DNA from: a virus
Direction: 5' to 3' (one strand)
Length of the DNA stretch: 64,000 bases
Virus record (IMG/VR): IMGVR_UViG_3300045256_000282
Location: 1-64,000 of that record
Numbering within the stretch: the stretch's first letter is position 1; each line of letters begins with the position of its first letter. The translations under genes were made by a program, and so were the position numbers. The notes below the pieces were generated by a model. It was given only the letters and a program-made list of their open reading frames with translations, was not told where the DNA came from and ran no database searches. Positions 36,086 through 46,576 of the stretch are shown here, piece by piece.

Positions 36086-38239
36086 ATGGCACAACGACTA
36101 ACTACCTCGTTTATCAACACGGTAATTCCTGGAGCTTATCCGAATGTTTCGGTTAAGTCTGTACCAGTAGGCGTAGCAAGCACTGGGGTAATCGCGATCA
36201 TCGGCGAAGCAGCCGGTGGAGCTGATTTCTCAAGCGAAGATATCAAGAACAACTTTTTTACTCCCGATCAAGCTGATCGCGTAGCTGCTAAGTATGTTTC
36301 TGGACCTATCGTCGATGCTATGCGAGCCCTCGCAGCACCGTCTGCGGACGCAAACATTGCTGGATCTGCAACCCGTATCTTTATCGTCAAAACAAACGCT
36401 GGCGACAAGGCTTCGGCGATTGTTGATACAGATTTTGGATCTCTTTCTGCTAAGAACTTTGGTATCGGTGGAAACCAGATCAAGTACAAGATCGTAGCTA
36501 GCCAGCTTGAAGATACTCCTGAAACGACCTCTTCGGTTGCCATCCCTGCTTTCGGGGCTGCGCTGGATGGCTTGAGCTTCTCGATCAGATTAAACGGTGG
36601 AGCTGTCAGTGTTGTAACTTTAAGCAACACCCCTGCTAACCACTCTAACATCGCGACTCTTGTCACTGAACTGGCTGGACTCCTTCCTTCTGGAATCTCA
36701 GCGAGTGCTGGTACTGCGGCAAATACACTTAAGTTAAAAATCGACACGGACAGCGCTAACTATCGCAAAGGCTGGGGAAAAAGCTTTGAGCTTATCGACT
36801 CTACGCCTGGCGATTTAGATCTGGTTAAACTTGCTCCTGGCTTGTTTAGCAGTGCTTCTGAGTCTGCTGTTGAGATTAACGTAGTTCGTCAAGATGCTGG
36901 ATTAAACGAAACTCTTGAAGCAAAGGGTGAAGTTGCCCTCCAAGTGGGTTATTTGGGCACTACAGCTACCCTGACTATTGCTGGAAGCACGCTTTCAACG
37001 GTGGTTACTGGTGGAGCTGGCGCAGCTCTGAGCGTAGACCTAAGCTCTTTCAGTACGGTTGCAGATCTTGCAGCTTTCATCGCAAGCAAGCCAGGCTACT
37101 CGGCATCTGCCTCAGCTTTGGCTCAGCAGATGAAACCTGCTGACCTTGATAGGGTTTCGGCTATTGGTATCTGCTCTAGCGGAGCTGGACTCAAGGCTGG
37201 ACGAGTTAAAAAATCTCTTGCAAACGTTAAAGCCGCCATCGCAACAAGCGCTGCTGTTGACCTAGAGCCAACCGCTACGGCTGGTCTTCCTTCTCCGATT
37301 TCAAGCTTCAGCTTCTTGTCGGGTGGAGCAAAAGGTAGTACTAGCGGTGCAGATATCGTAGACGCCTTAGGTAAGCTTGAAGCTGTTGTGGTGAACTTCA
37401 TTGTTCCTCTTTTCAGCCAAGACGCTTCTGACGATATTGCTGAAGGTTTGACCGACTCAGCTTCTACTTATACGATCGACGCAATTCACGCTGCTGTTAA
37501 ATCGCATGTATTGAAGATGAGCGTTCCTAGCTTGAAGCGCTACCGTTTGGCAGTACTTTCTTACTTCGGTTCTTATGCAAACGCTAAGACCAAGGCTCAA
37601 ACTCTGGCTAATTATCGATGCAGCATGACTTTCCAAAAAGTCAGCGAAGTTGATAGTCAAGGGTCTGTTGTTGAGTTTCAACCTTGGATGGGAGCTTGTT
37701 TGGCTGCAGGAATGCAGGCTGCTGGTTTCTACAAAGGAATCACTAACAAGTTTGCAAACTTGATCAGCTTTAAAGATCCTAGCGGATTTGACAGCGGAAG
37801 TCCTGGTGACGTGGAAGACGCGTTACTTGCTGGCTTACTCATCCTTCAGCGCGAAACGGCTGGAAGTAAATGGGTATCTGACCAAACGACGTATGGTTTT
37901 GATACTAACTTCGTTTACAACAGTTTGCAGGCAACATACCTTGCAGATATCGTAGCGGCTGACTTGGCAGATTCGTTGCAAAGAGCTTTCGTTGGTCAAT
38001 CATTGGCTGACGTCGACGCTGCAACGGCTTTGGCTTTTATCGCTACTAAGATGGAAGAGTATCGTCGAATCAAAGCTATTACTGGCGATGATGAGGCACC
38101 TCTTGGATACCGTAACGCTAAGGTCAAGATTTCTGGACCAACCATGTCGGTTGCTATTGAAATTAAGCTAAGCACAACGATCTACTTCATCCCGATCGAA
38201 CTGACGATCTCTCAAGTTCAGTCATCGGCTAGTCAGTAA
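36086..38239 (+). CDS. Tail sheath protein
   Basis: IPGAY..GVIAIIGEAAGG N-terminus; sheath-like C-terminus; 717 aa; precedes tube. Confidence 0.9.
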   Translation: MAQRLTTSFINTVIPGAYPNVSVKSVPVGVASTGVIAIIGEAAGGADFSSEDIKNNFFTPDQADRVAAKYVSGPIVDAMRALAAPSADANIAGSATRIFIVKTNAGDKASAIVDTDFGSLSAKNFGIGGNQIKYKIVASQLEDTPETTSSVAIPAFGAALDGLSFSIRLNGGAVSVVTLSNTPANHSNIATLVTELAGLLPSGISASAGTAANTLKLKIDTDSANYRKGWGKSFELIDSTPGDLDLVKLAPGLFSSASESAVEINVVRQDAGLNETLEAKGEVALQVGYLGTTATLTIAGSTLSTVVTGGAGAALSVDLSSFSTVADLAAFIASKPGYSASASALAQQMKPADLDRVSAIGICSSGAGLKAGRVKKSLANVKAAIATSAAVDLEPTATAGLPSPISSFSFLSGGAKGSTSGADIVDALGKLEAVVVNFIVPLFSQDASDDIAEGLTDSASTYTIDAIHAAVKSHVLKMSVPSLKRYRLAVLSYFGSYANAKTKAQTLANYRCSMTFQKVSEVDSQGSVVEFQPWMGACLAAGMQAAGFYKGITNKFANLISFKDPSGFDSGSPGDVEDALLAGLLILQRETAGSKWVSDQTTYGFDTNFVYNSLQATYLADIVAADLADSLQRAFVGQSLADVDAATALAFIATKMEEYRRIKAITGDDEAPLGYRNAKVKISGPTMSVAIEIKLSTTIYFIPIELTISQVQSSASQ

Positions 38240-38261
38240 TAGGGAGTAAAGGAGAAATAAG

Positions 38262-38711
38262 ATGTCAACCAAGGTAATGACTGGCGGCAGGGCCGTCGTA
38301 AGCGTAGATAATCAGGTTGTCGGGATCTTTGAATCTTGCACCTACGGAGCAAACGTGAGTGTGGAGCCTATCCACATTCTCGGTCGCTACGGACCTGCTG
38401 AGATTACTCAGACGGCATACGAGGCTGTTGCGATCAACTGCAACGGTTTCCGTACGATCGGAAACGGAGCACACGTTCTTCCTAAGTTCCCTAAGCTTCA
38501 AGATCTCTTGAACCTGGGAGCGGTTACGATTTCTATCCGTGACCGTCAAACAGGGGAGCTTATCATGACAGCTATTGGATGCGTTCCAACCTCATACAAT
38601 ACTGGTGTTAATGCTCGTCAAACAAGCCGTGTTTCTGTGACTTATACTGGCCTTAAGGTTACCGATGAGTCGGGCGACCAAGAAGAGTCAGGGGCAACTT
38701 CGCTTCCCTAA
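38262..38711 (+). CDS. Tail tube protein
   Basis: 149 aa directly after sheath; EPIHILG. Confidence 0.8.
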   Translation: MSTKVMTGGRAVVSVDNQVVGIFESCTYGANVSVEPIHILGRYGPAEITQTAYEAVAINCNGFRTIGNGAHVLPKFPKLQDLLNLGAVTISIRDRQTGELIMTAIGCVPTSYNTGVNARQTSRVSVTYTGLKVTDESGDQEESGATSLP

Positions 38712-38742
38712 GTTCTTAGATATTACATCGATAGTGGGAAGC

Positions 38743-38775
38743 AGGGGCGGCCTAAAAAGCCGCCCCTTTTCTTTT
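38743..38775 (+). terminator. Rho-independent terminator after tube
   Basis: AGGGGCGGC-7 nt-GCCGCCCCT plus T-rich tail. Confidence 0.9.
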
Positions 38776-38785
38776 CAAGCGACCT

Positions 38786-38793
38786 AATCTTTA
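38786..38793 (+). promoter_or_regulatory. Putative late promoter AATCTTnA
   Basis: AATCTTTA immediately after the terminator. Confidence 0.6.
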
Positions 38794-38854
38794 ACTATGT
38801 AGAGTTATATCTGCATACTTAGAACGGTTTAAGTATTAGGAATGGTTAGGGAAT

Positions 38855-39448
38855 ATGTTTATTGAGAAGAAGCTCAAACAGGTGCTTCCTCGTCCTCTTA
38901 TCGCGGACGGAAGCAAGTACGGTTTAGTTCGGGTGGCAGACATCCGAGGCTTCTATGTTAAACAAAAGATCACTCTAGTCTCTCCTGTAGCTCCCCCAGT
39001 TGAGCTTGAAGTCAAAAGATTTGAATCCCTAACATCCTTCTACGTAGGTCCCCTGCCAGCAAACGGCGGTAAGATAGGTGACCGTTCTGACATCACAGCA
39101 TACAAGGTAGCAGACGGCGCTGTTATAGCGGCTGGCGAACAAGACCGCCCAGGGATCAAGCCAGACGAGCATGAGCGAGCTGTTTACATGGAGGAGCCGA
39201 TAGTCGCCAAGCGCGTTATATCGGTTGATGAGTATGGCTCCGTTTACGGTAAAGATAATCCTATCCCTGTAGCCGTCACCGATACGGCAGGGTTTGCCCC
39301 ATCTGATTTTGATGAGGTTACCATAACAAGAGATGTGGAAGAATACCCCACATCGTACAACTTTTTTAAGAATTCCTCTCCTGTTGGTGTAATAGCCGTT
39401 ACATACAACCAAGAGAAGTCTGCAATCAAATATAAGAGGACGTCATGA
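38855..39448 (+). CDS. Hypothetical virion protein
   Basis: 197 aa. Confidence 0.7.
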   Translation: MFIEKKLKQVLPRPLIADGSKYGLVRVADIRGFYVKQKITLVSPVAPPVELEVKRFESLTSFYVGPLPANGGKIGDRSDITAYKVADGAVIAAGEQDRPGIKPDEHERAVYMEEPIVAKRVISVDEYGSVYGKDNPIPVAVTDTAGFAPSDFDEVTITRDVEEYPTSYNFFKNSSPVGVIAVTYNQEKSAIKYKRTS

Positions 39449-39657
39449 GTAGCCCTAAAGATAGAGAAGAGCTAGTCTTAAATCCTATTACGGGTAAGCT
39501 TGATGTAGTTAGGATCTTTAATCCTGATAGAATAGTTACAGCAGAAAGAAATTCTGCTGGCCATAGGTTTCAAACCTGGGATGCTGCCTCTGGGACCTTC
39601 ATTGACGACGCTCCGGTCGTAGTCATTGACAATAACGGCAACGTGGTAACCACCTGA
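39445..39657 (+). CDS. Hypothetical protein
   Basis: 70 aa, coupled on both sides. Confidence 0.65.
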   Translation: MSSPKDREELVLNPITGKLDVVRIFNPDRIVTAERNSAGHRFQTWDAASGTFIDDAPVVVIDNNGNVVTT

Positions 39658-40619
39658 TGTTTCACTCAAGATTAAAAGGTAGAGACCTACACAGCCCATC
39701 TAACGAGATCGTTGAAAACCAAACAGGTGTCACGATACCGGCCCTGCGGGTTATTCGCCTGCTATCTCAGGGAACTGTATACCCCCAAGTAACTCTTGCA
39801 AACCCTAGTTTATATGTAAATTTTGCAGTTACTTACGACGCAATTCCTAACGGTAAGAGCGGACAAGCCTGCGCTTTTGGATTCATGGTTGGAGTGGATA
39901 CCTCCGTTTGGCCAGTGGGAACCATCCTGTATAGCGATAACTCTGGAAACCTAACAACCGTAGCCAATGGCGGAATAGTAGCCTTAGTAATAAAACAAGA
40001 CCCTGAAGATGGGGTTATGTACGTTACCACGGAATCTAATGGTAGTGGTGGTTCAAGTAATGCTTGGAGATTGACCGGCAATATTAGCACGAATGAGAAT
40101 ACCAACTTTCTTGGGACTACGGACAATCAAGACCTAAGATTTAAGACAAATAACCAATTAAACTTAAACCTTACCAAACAGGGTAGACTCGGTTTAGGGC
40201 CAAATCTTACAACTCCAGACTCTCATTTTCATCAAAAAAGCCATACCGGGTACTCTAAAAGCGGTTTAAGACAAGAAACTTTTGCTTTAACTACTAACTC
40301 AAACAGTTTTGAACAAGCTTGTGCTGTAAACCTACCAAACCCATCGGTTGTAAGGATTGAATACGTAGTCGTAGGAAGATCTGCCGATGGAACTAAAAGG
40401 TGTATGTTTAAGAGAACAGGCCTATTTTACAGGGAGCTTGGGAACGTAGAAAACGAAGGAATATGGCTATCAGACCAAACTATCAAAAGCGATAACAATC
40501 TTGATGTAGGGTATGCAAAAACTGTGTCAGATGTGATATTGACGGTAAAGGGGGCTTCTTCAGACCCTATGTACTGGACGGGTCACGTTATGATTGAGGT
40601 ATTGGTAGATAATACTTAA
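39657..40619 (+). CDS. Fibre/decoration-like virion protein
   Basis: NFLGTTDNQDLRFKTNN beta repeat; C-terminal domain shared with 40686. Confidence 0.6.
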   Translation: MFHSRLKGRDLHSPSNEIVENQTGVTIPALRVIRLLSQGTVYPQVTLANPSLYVNFAVTYDAIPNGKSGQACAFGFMVGVDTSVWPVGTILYSDNSGNLTTVANGGIVALVIKQDPEDGVMYVTTESNGSGGSSNAWRLTGNISTNENTNFLGTTDNQDLRFKTNNQLNLNLTKQGRLGLGPNLTTPDSHFHQKSHTGYSKSGLRQETFALTTNSNSFEQACAVNLPNPSVVRIEYVVVGRSADGTKRCMFKRTGLFYRELGNVENEGIWLSDQTIKSDNNLDVGYAKTVSDVILTVKGASSDPMYWTGHVMIEVLVDNT

Positions 40620-40653
40620 ATACATGATTTTAAAAGAGTTTTTTATAAAAAGT

Positions 40654-40661
40654 AATCTTTA
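40654..40661 (+). promoter_or_regulatory. Putative late promoter AATCTTnA
   Basis: AATCTTTA upstream of 40686. Confidence 0.6.
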
Positions 40662-40685
40662 AAAGACTTAGGAGAGAACAAACCA

Positions 40686-42893
40686 ATGGCTAACATTTTA
40701 AACTTGATCACTATAGGCGAAAAGACATACCGGGTTGTAGACGCAGACCCGTCTTCGGCTGGGGGTACTGCCGCTGAGATTGGCTCATTAGCCATCTGGG
40801 ATAACGGAACTGTTGGTCGTGCCTACCTCAAAACAGGCTCTGCTGATACCGCATGGGATCAGGTTAGTACGTCTGGGGCTAACGGGACAGTAAACTCGGG
40901 TACTGCTGGCCGCGTAGGTGTTTATGCTGCTTCCAGCAACGCTATCAGCGACACTTATACTCAAAACTCTCAGGGAATGACGGTTAGTCACGTTTCCCAG
41001 CCTTCTCGTTCTGCTGCGATCGTTTATCAGATCCCAAATCCTGGGAATGCTGTTACTTCTGCGGATTTTGTTCTTACAGAGGGCGCTCAAACTATCAACG
41101 GAGCAAAAACCCTTACCTCTCCTTTAAACATGGGCGGCAATGCGATCAACGCAGTCGCAGATCCATCTTCAGCTCAAGATGCTGCTACTAAAGCGTATGT
41201 TGATGCTGTTGCTCAGGGCTTATCGTGGAAACAAGAAGCTCGAGCTGCAACTACTGCAAACATCACGCTAAGTGGCGCTCAAACGATCGACGGAGTCTCT
41301 GTAATCGCTGGCGATCGAGTTTTGGTTAAGAATCAATCGACTCAATCTCAAAACGGTATATATGTTGCTGCTGCCGGAGCATGGTCTCGTGCGCTTGATA
41401 TGGACACCGCTGTTGAATTCTTGGGCGCTGCGGTATTCGTTGGTGAAGGTACTATCAACGGAGACACTGCGTGGACACAGATCACAGACGCTCCGATCAC
41501 CGTAGGGACGACAGCCATAGTTTGGACACAATTTGCTGGTGCAGGTACTTACACTGCCGGAAACGGTTTAAGCCTTACTGGCACTCAGTTCAGCATCAAC
41601 CTTGCAACGGCTTCTGGTTTACAATTTACTAGCGGTGCTCTTGATCACTTGCTTGATTCGACCCCTTACGCAACCTTAAGCAAATCTGCTTCTGGTCTTC
41701 GTGTGGCTGCTGGTGGTATTCGTGATAACGAAATCGCTGCTGCAGGTACTGCGAACATTGCACGAAACAAGCTTGCTTCGGGTACTGCAAACCACGTAAT
41801 CATTAACGATGCTTCGGGCGTTCTATCGTCAGAAGCTCAACTTGCTCTTTCTCGTGGCGGCACAAACGCTAACTTGACCGCCGTTGCTGGTGGTATTGTA
41901 TATTCTGGAGCCTCTGCTCTTGCAATCTCAGCAGCAGGAACAACTGGACAAGCGCTACTTTCTGGTGGAACAGGCGCTCCAAGCTGGTTTACAGCTACTG
42001 GTGTTGTAAAGGCTACGGCGGGCGTACTCTCTACGAGCAACGTTTCGCTAACCTCAGAAGTCTCTGGCGTTCTTCCTATCGCTAACGGCGGTACTAACAG
42101 TTCCACTGCACTTAACAACAACCGAATCATGGTATCGTCTGGTGGTGCAATAGTAGAAGCCGCTGCGCTCACAAACGGACAACTCCTTATCGGTTCAACT
42201 GGAGCAGCTCCAGTTGCTGCCGCTATCTCAGGAACGGCTAACCAGGTCATAGTTACAAACGGAGCTGGTTCTATAACGTTAAGCTTGCCTCAAAACATCA
42301 ACACAGGTGCCTCTCCTACGTTTGTAGGGTTGACCTTGAGCGGATTAACTGCGGGTTCTGTAACTTTTGCAGGAGTTGGTGGACTAATCTCTCAAAATAA
42401 CACCAACTTCTTTTGGGATAATACGAATACCCGTTTGGGTCTTGGTACAAACACCCCAGGAAGATTGCTTGATGTTAACGGAAGCTCGATCTTCCGTGCA
42501 TCGTGGCGCTTAGCTAGTGCTGCGGCGACAAAAGCAAACTATGAGATGTTTCAGGCTCAGGTATCTACTACAGATGCTACGGTTACAACTCTTGACAGCG
42601 TCACTATTGCTACAGATTCTGCGGCATTGATCGAAGCCAAGATCGTTGGACGTCGTACCGGCGGTACTTCTGGTACCGCTCAAGATGCGGCAGTGTACGT
42701 AAGATCAGCTCGTTTTAGGAACCAAGCTGGAACTCTTACTATCCAAAACTTGCAGTCTGACTATACCTCTGAAGATCAGAATCCGTGGAACGCTACTTTG
42801 GACGTTAACGGAACCTCTGCTCGTATCAGGGTTACGGGTGCTGCAAACAACAACATTGATTGGACTGTAACTTATTCTGTCATTACTCTGTAA
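40686..42893 (+). CDS. Tail/head fibre protein
   Basis: G/A/T/S-rich; DAATKAYVD, LSGAQTIDGV..GDRVLVKNQ, LPIANGGT repeats. Confidence 0.8.
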   Translation: MANILNLITIGEKTYRVVDADPSSAGGTAAEIGSLAIWDNGTVGRAYLKTGSADTAWDQVSTSGANGTVNSGTAGRVGVYAASSNAISDTYTQNSQGMTVSHVSQPSRSAAIVYQIPNPGNAVTSADFVLTEGAQTINGAKTLTSPLNMGGNAINAVADPSSAQDAATKAYVDAVAQGLSWKQEARAATTANITLSGAQTIDGVSVIAGDRVLVKNQSTQSQNGIYVAAAGAWSRALDMDTAVEFLGAAVFVGEGTINGDTAWTQITDAPITVGTTAIVWTQFAGAGTYTAGNGLSLTGTQFSINLATASGLQFTSGALDHLLDSTPYATLSKSASGLRVAAGGIRDNEIAAAGTANIARNKLASGTANHVIINDASGVLSSEAQLALSRGGTNANLTAVAGGIVYSGASALAISAAGTTGQALLSGGTGAPSWFTATGVVKATAGVLSTSNVSLTSEVSGVLPIANGGTNSSTALNNNRIMVSSGGAIVEAAALTNGQLLIGSTGAAPVAAAISGTANQVIVTNGAGSITLSLPQNINTGASPTFVGLTLSGLTAGSVTFAGVGGLISQNNTNFFWDNTNTRLGLGTNTPGRLLDVNGSSIFRASWRLASAAATKANYEMFQAQVSTTDATVTTLDSVTIATDSAALIEAKIVGRRTGGTSGTAQDAAVYVRSARFRNQAGTLTIQNLQSDYTSEDQNPWNATLDVNGTSARIRVTGAANNNIDWTVTYSVITL

Positions 42894-42922
42894 TATCGGA
42901 TAAAAGCTTGATAGTATAACTC

Positions 42923-42958
42923 GGGGGAACTGGGCCAAACCCGTTCCCCTTAGTTTTT
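42923..42958 (+). terminator. Hairpin / weak terminator between fibre genes
   Basis: GGGGAAC..GTTCCCC followed by TTAGTTTTT. Confidence 0.55.
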
Positions 42959-42970
42959 AATAGGAGTCAA

Positions 42971-44959
42971 ATGGCAAACGTAACTGGTCAACTAACCCTA
43001 AACCAGCTCAGTGTTTTAGAAGTCGACGCAGACCCCTCTGCTGGCGGCGGTACACCCGCACCCATCGGATCTTTTGCCTACTTTAATAACGGAACTATTG
43101 GGGTTTCATACGTCAAGGTGGGTTCTTCTAATACGGCTTGGAATGCTGTATCTTCTCAGTCAGGAACTTTATCTGTTGGATCTGTAACTTTTTCGGACTC
43201 AAACGGATACATGGCTCAAGACAACGCCAACTTCTTTTGGGACAATACTAATAAAAGACTTGGTTTGGGTATCGCTTCTCCAGCCACAAGGCTACACCTT
43301 GACGGTGGAAATGCGACTGCTACTTATCTAAAATTGACCGCTGGAACAACTACCGGACAAACCTCAACCGATGGTTTTGACTTGGGAGTATCTGCTTCTG
43401 GTATCGCAGAACTAAGACAGAGAGAAAACTTAGATCTTCGATTTTTTACAAATAATACGGATCGAATGAGAATTGACGGCTCTGGTCGTGTTATAATTGG
43501 TTCCGGTGCTGTTGCACAAGACATTACTGGCGCTTCTATCTTTCCTACTTTTCAAATATTAGGAACGGTAGCCACTCAAATGGTCGCTGCTCAGTATAGC
43601 GCCGATATCAACCCTCCAGCATTCAACTTGTTAAAATCAAGAGGTGCTACCTTAAACAGTCAGGGCCTGGTCTCAGCAGATGATGAGGTTGGTCGTTTAC
43701 AATTTAGAGCTTCTGACGGCGCTAACTTTCAAGCTGCAGCCTCGATCAGAACACTAGTAGATGGAACCGCCGCTGCAGGTTCTATGCCTGGAAGATTAGT
43801 TTTTCTTACCACCCCTTCGGGCTCTACCTCTCCTTCAGAAAGAATGAGAATAAGTCAAGCTGGTGAGGTTACTATCGGTGGTGTTTTAGGATCAACGCTC
43901 ACAAACAATCTCTTGTCAGTAAACGGTAACGTAAACGACTTCTTTCAAGCAAACATACAGAACTTAAATGCAGGAACGTCAGCTTCAAGCGATTGGATCG
44001 CAACTGCAAACAACGGAACAGACACTGCTAATTACGCGGATTTTGGGATAAACAGTTCTGCCTATAGCGATCCAGCCTTCACTATAGTTGGTGCTTTGGG
44101 GGCTTATCTTTATTCTGCTTCTTCAGAACTTGCTTTGGGTACAGCCTCAGCGAACGCTTTAAAGTTTTTTACTGGAGACACACTAGCAGCTAATGAGAGG
44201 GCTCGGTTTACTCCGGCTGGGTTATTCTTGCTTGGAACCACTACTGATAATGGTATCGATACCTTTCAGCTATCCAGAACTGGATCTGTTAACTTTCCGA
44301 TTCTTGAGTGTTTTGACGACTGTCAGTGGACTACGGCAGGTACTGCAAACAATCCCTACGATGTTATTGCCACAACTGCTGCGGGTGGATCGCTAACTCC
44401 AGAAACGACCCCAACTGCTGCAAACTATCACGGCTTACTTTCTATCGCAACAGGTACCACGAATAACAATACAGGCTCGGCTGCGGCGGACTATTTTGGT
44501 GGAGTTGGTAAGATACGACTTGGTGGTCAGCGAATTTTCATAGAAAAAAGAGTCAGAATTCCTACACTATCTACGGGTACGGTTAACTTTTTAGTCATAT
44601 GTGGTTTAACGGATCAGGCAACAGCAGGAGCGCCTACAAACGGTGTCTATTTTTCTTATAATCACGCGGTCAGCAGTGGCGCGTGGCTTGGTGTTACTAA
44701 CTCTGCTGGTACCATCACCTCTGTAACGGGTCCTACCGTAGTTGCTGGTAACTGGTACACCTTAAGAGCAGAGATAACAGCGGCTAGGGATAGCGTTTCT
44801 TTTTACGTGAACGGTGTACTTATCGGTTCAAATACGGCAAACATACCAGCAAGCACGATCAATTTGAGACCTGTTTCTAAGATCAACAAACAAACAACAA
44901 ACACAAACAATTCTAGCATTCTTCAGCTAGATTATACTTATTGGAAGATGTTCAGGTAA
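42971..44959 (+). CDS. Tail fibre / receptor-binding protein
   Basis: ERMRI/DRMRI beta repeats; C-terminal lectin-like domain (VSFYVNGVLIG). Confidence 0.8.
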   Translation: MANVTGQLTLNQLSVLEVDADPSAGGGTPAPIGSFAYFNNGTIGVSYVKVGSSNTAWNAVSSQSGTLSVGSVTFSDSNGYMAQDNANFFWDNTNKRLGLGIASPATRLHLDGGNATATYLKLTAGTTTGQTSTDGFDLGVSASGIAELRQRENLDLRFFTNNTDRMRIDGSGRVIIGSGAVAQDITGASIFPTFQILGTVATQMVAAQYSADINPPAFNLLKSRGATLNSQGLVSADDEVGRLQFRASDGANFQAAASIRTLVDGTAAAGSMPGRLVFLTTPSGSTSPSERMRISQAGEVTIGGVLGSTLTNNLLSVNGNVNDFFQANIQNLNAGTSASSDWIATANNGTDTANYADFGINSSAYSDPAFTIVGALGAYLYSASSELALGTASANALKFFTGDTLAANERARFTPAGLFLLGTTTDNGIDTFQLSRTGSVNFPILECFDDCQWTTAGTANNPYDVIATTAAGGSLTPETTPTAANYHGLLSIATGTTNNNTGSAAADYFGGVGKIRLGGQRIFIEKRVRIPTLSTGTVNFLVICGLTDQATAGAPTNGVYFSYNHAVSSGAWLGVTNSAGTITSVTGPTVVAGNWYTLRAEITAARDSVSFYVNGVLIGSNTANIPASTINLRPVSKINKQTTNTNNSSILQLDYTYWKMFR

Positions 44960-44968
44960 GGAGATATC

Positions 44969-45679
44969 ATGAACTTAGCTGTAAAACTATACTCAAACGC
45001 GCCATCAAATCCGTTAAATATTCCCGGAGCTTGGCCTTACGAAGTTATAGAGCTTGGAGAGTCCACAACGCTTCCTGATAATACCTATCAATTAATGACA
45101 TCCCAAGAGCTTGTGGAGTACAGAAGTAATCATCAAGCGGAGTATGATGCGTGGTACGTTCCCTACGTAGCCTCTTTGCCAGTAAGCACACCTCAACCGG
45201 CGGCAGTTATTGTTACTTCTCAACCAGATCCCGTTCCCTTTGCTCAGCCAACCTATAGGACTAAAAGGGATGCTCTTCCGAATCTAGTGTCTTGTGCAAA
45301 AGGCGAAACTGCAGACATTGATTTTGTTTTAACCTCCGAAAGATATGTCTCAGGCGGAGAGATCATAGTTGAGAATGCAGAGATAGGCGACTATATCGTA
45401 GCTAGCGTTCAAGACCCAAACGGTTTGATTCCAGCACCTTACAGATCGGTGGTTTGCGAAAATTGGCCGATGGTTGCAGAGTACATCTCTAAGTGTTTCA
45501 TGCCAATTTCTGTCCCTGGAACTATTCAGGCTGGTTCTATCAGTACTTACAGCATCGACACTTACCCTTTAAACGCAAAAATATCTCAGGGATTATCGCT
45601 TCGTATATCTTACCATGCTGTAAACTCTGGGCTAACTCGCAGAGTTGCAGTTAATTATCATCTAACTAAGAAGATGTAG
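44969..45679 (+). CDS. Hypothetical fibre-associated protein
   Basis: 236 aa, SD AAGGAG. Confidence 0.7.
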   Translation: MNLAVKLYSNAPSNPLNIPGAWPYEVIELGESTTLPDNTYQLMTSQELVEYRSNHQAEYDAWYVPYVASLPVSTPQPAAVIVTSQPDPVPFAQPTYRTKRDALPNLVSCAKGETADIDFVLTSERYVSGGEIIVENAEIGDYIVASVQDPNGLIPAPYRSVVCENWPMVAEYISKCFMPISVPGTIQAGSISTYSIDTYPLNAKISQGLSLRISYHAVNSGLTRRVAVNYHLTKKM

Positions 45680-45688
45680 GAATCTAAG

Positions 45689-46189
45689 ATGAAACTTGTA
45701 GTCGGTTTTTCAAGACCAAGATCAGGTTTCGTTCCTTTCGCAAAGGCCATAATGTGGTTTGAGGGTACAGACTATTCTCACGTCTACTTAAAGTTTAAAT
45801 CCGACTCCCTAAACAGAACCATCATATATCAAGCAAGTTCGACCATGGTTAACTTTATGGGTTCAAACGTTTTTGATGGACACGCTCAAATCGTTGCAGA
45901 ATATGAAATTGAGATTCCCGAAGATAGTAGGGTTGCACTGATGCAGATGCTGATCGATAGAGCGGGCATGCCTTACGGCATCAAAGAAGTGATAGGTATA
46001 TTTTTCTACAAAACCTTAGGGTGGAAAATTTTTCAAGACGGAGAAAAAAGCTTTGTATGCTCTGAGCTTGTGGCTAGGATACTTTATGGTCTGGCCATCC
46101 CTGGCAACTTCAGCCATCTAGACTTTGTAACCCCAAAAGATATCCGATCTTTTGTAGATTCTGACGTTCGTTTCTTGAAAATAGCTTAA
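45689..46189 (+). CDS. Permuted papain-like (NlpC/P60, YiiX-type) enzyme
   Basis: YSHV..GMPYG..FVCSELVA..VTP. Confidence 0.75.
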   Translation: MKLVVGFSRPRSGFVPFAKAIMWFEGTDYSHVYLKFKSDSLNRTIIYQASSTMVNFMGSNVFDGHAQIVAEYEIEIPEDSRVALMQMLIDRAGMPYGIKEVIGIFFYKTLGWKIFQDGEKSFVCSELVARILYGLAIPGNFSHLDFVTPKDIRSFVDSDVRFLKIA

Positions 46190-46566
46190 CTTTCAACTAC
46201 AAGATCATCCAACAGCAGAAGCTGCTCGGTGGTCATCGTAAGTTTTTCTCCTAGGTCTGCCACAGTAAGTCTTGGAAGATCGATGTCGCTTTGAAGAAGA
46301 TCTTGAAGCTCCTTAATAAAGTTATCCATTCCTTCCTTAGAAAGCTTAACGTTACCTTGATCATCTTGGACAACGTTTCCGGCCTGGTCTTTTTCTCCAA
46401 AACGGCTTAGAGCGTCCTTACGACACTCTTCGTACTTCATATACTCTTCGTCAACTCGCTTTAAGATTCCTTTCAACTTAAATCCGGTCTTGAGGGGAAT
46501 ATCTTGCTTTGCAAGGATTGTTAGTGCTTTTCTAAAATCTTGATTAACTACTAGCATTAGTTTCAT
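46186..46566 (-). CDS. Hypothetical protein (DUF1617-like)
   Basis: 126 aa helical; FGEKDQAGN. Confidence 0.65.
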   Translation of the reverse strand: MKLMLVVNQDFRKALTILAKQDIPLKTGFKLKGILKRVDEEYMKYEECRKDALSRFGEKDQAGNVVQDDQGNVKLSKEGMDNFIKELQDLLQSDIDLPRLTVADLGEKLTMTTEQLLLLDDLVVES

Positions 46567-46576
46567 TTGTATCTCC

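Noticed and set aside
39657-46189. Diversity-generating retroelement or invertible fibre cassette
   Set aside because: No reverse transcriptase, invertase or near-identical TR/VR nucleotide pair was seen; similarities between fibres are diverged and at the protein level.
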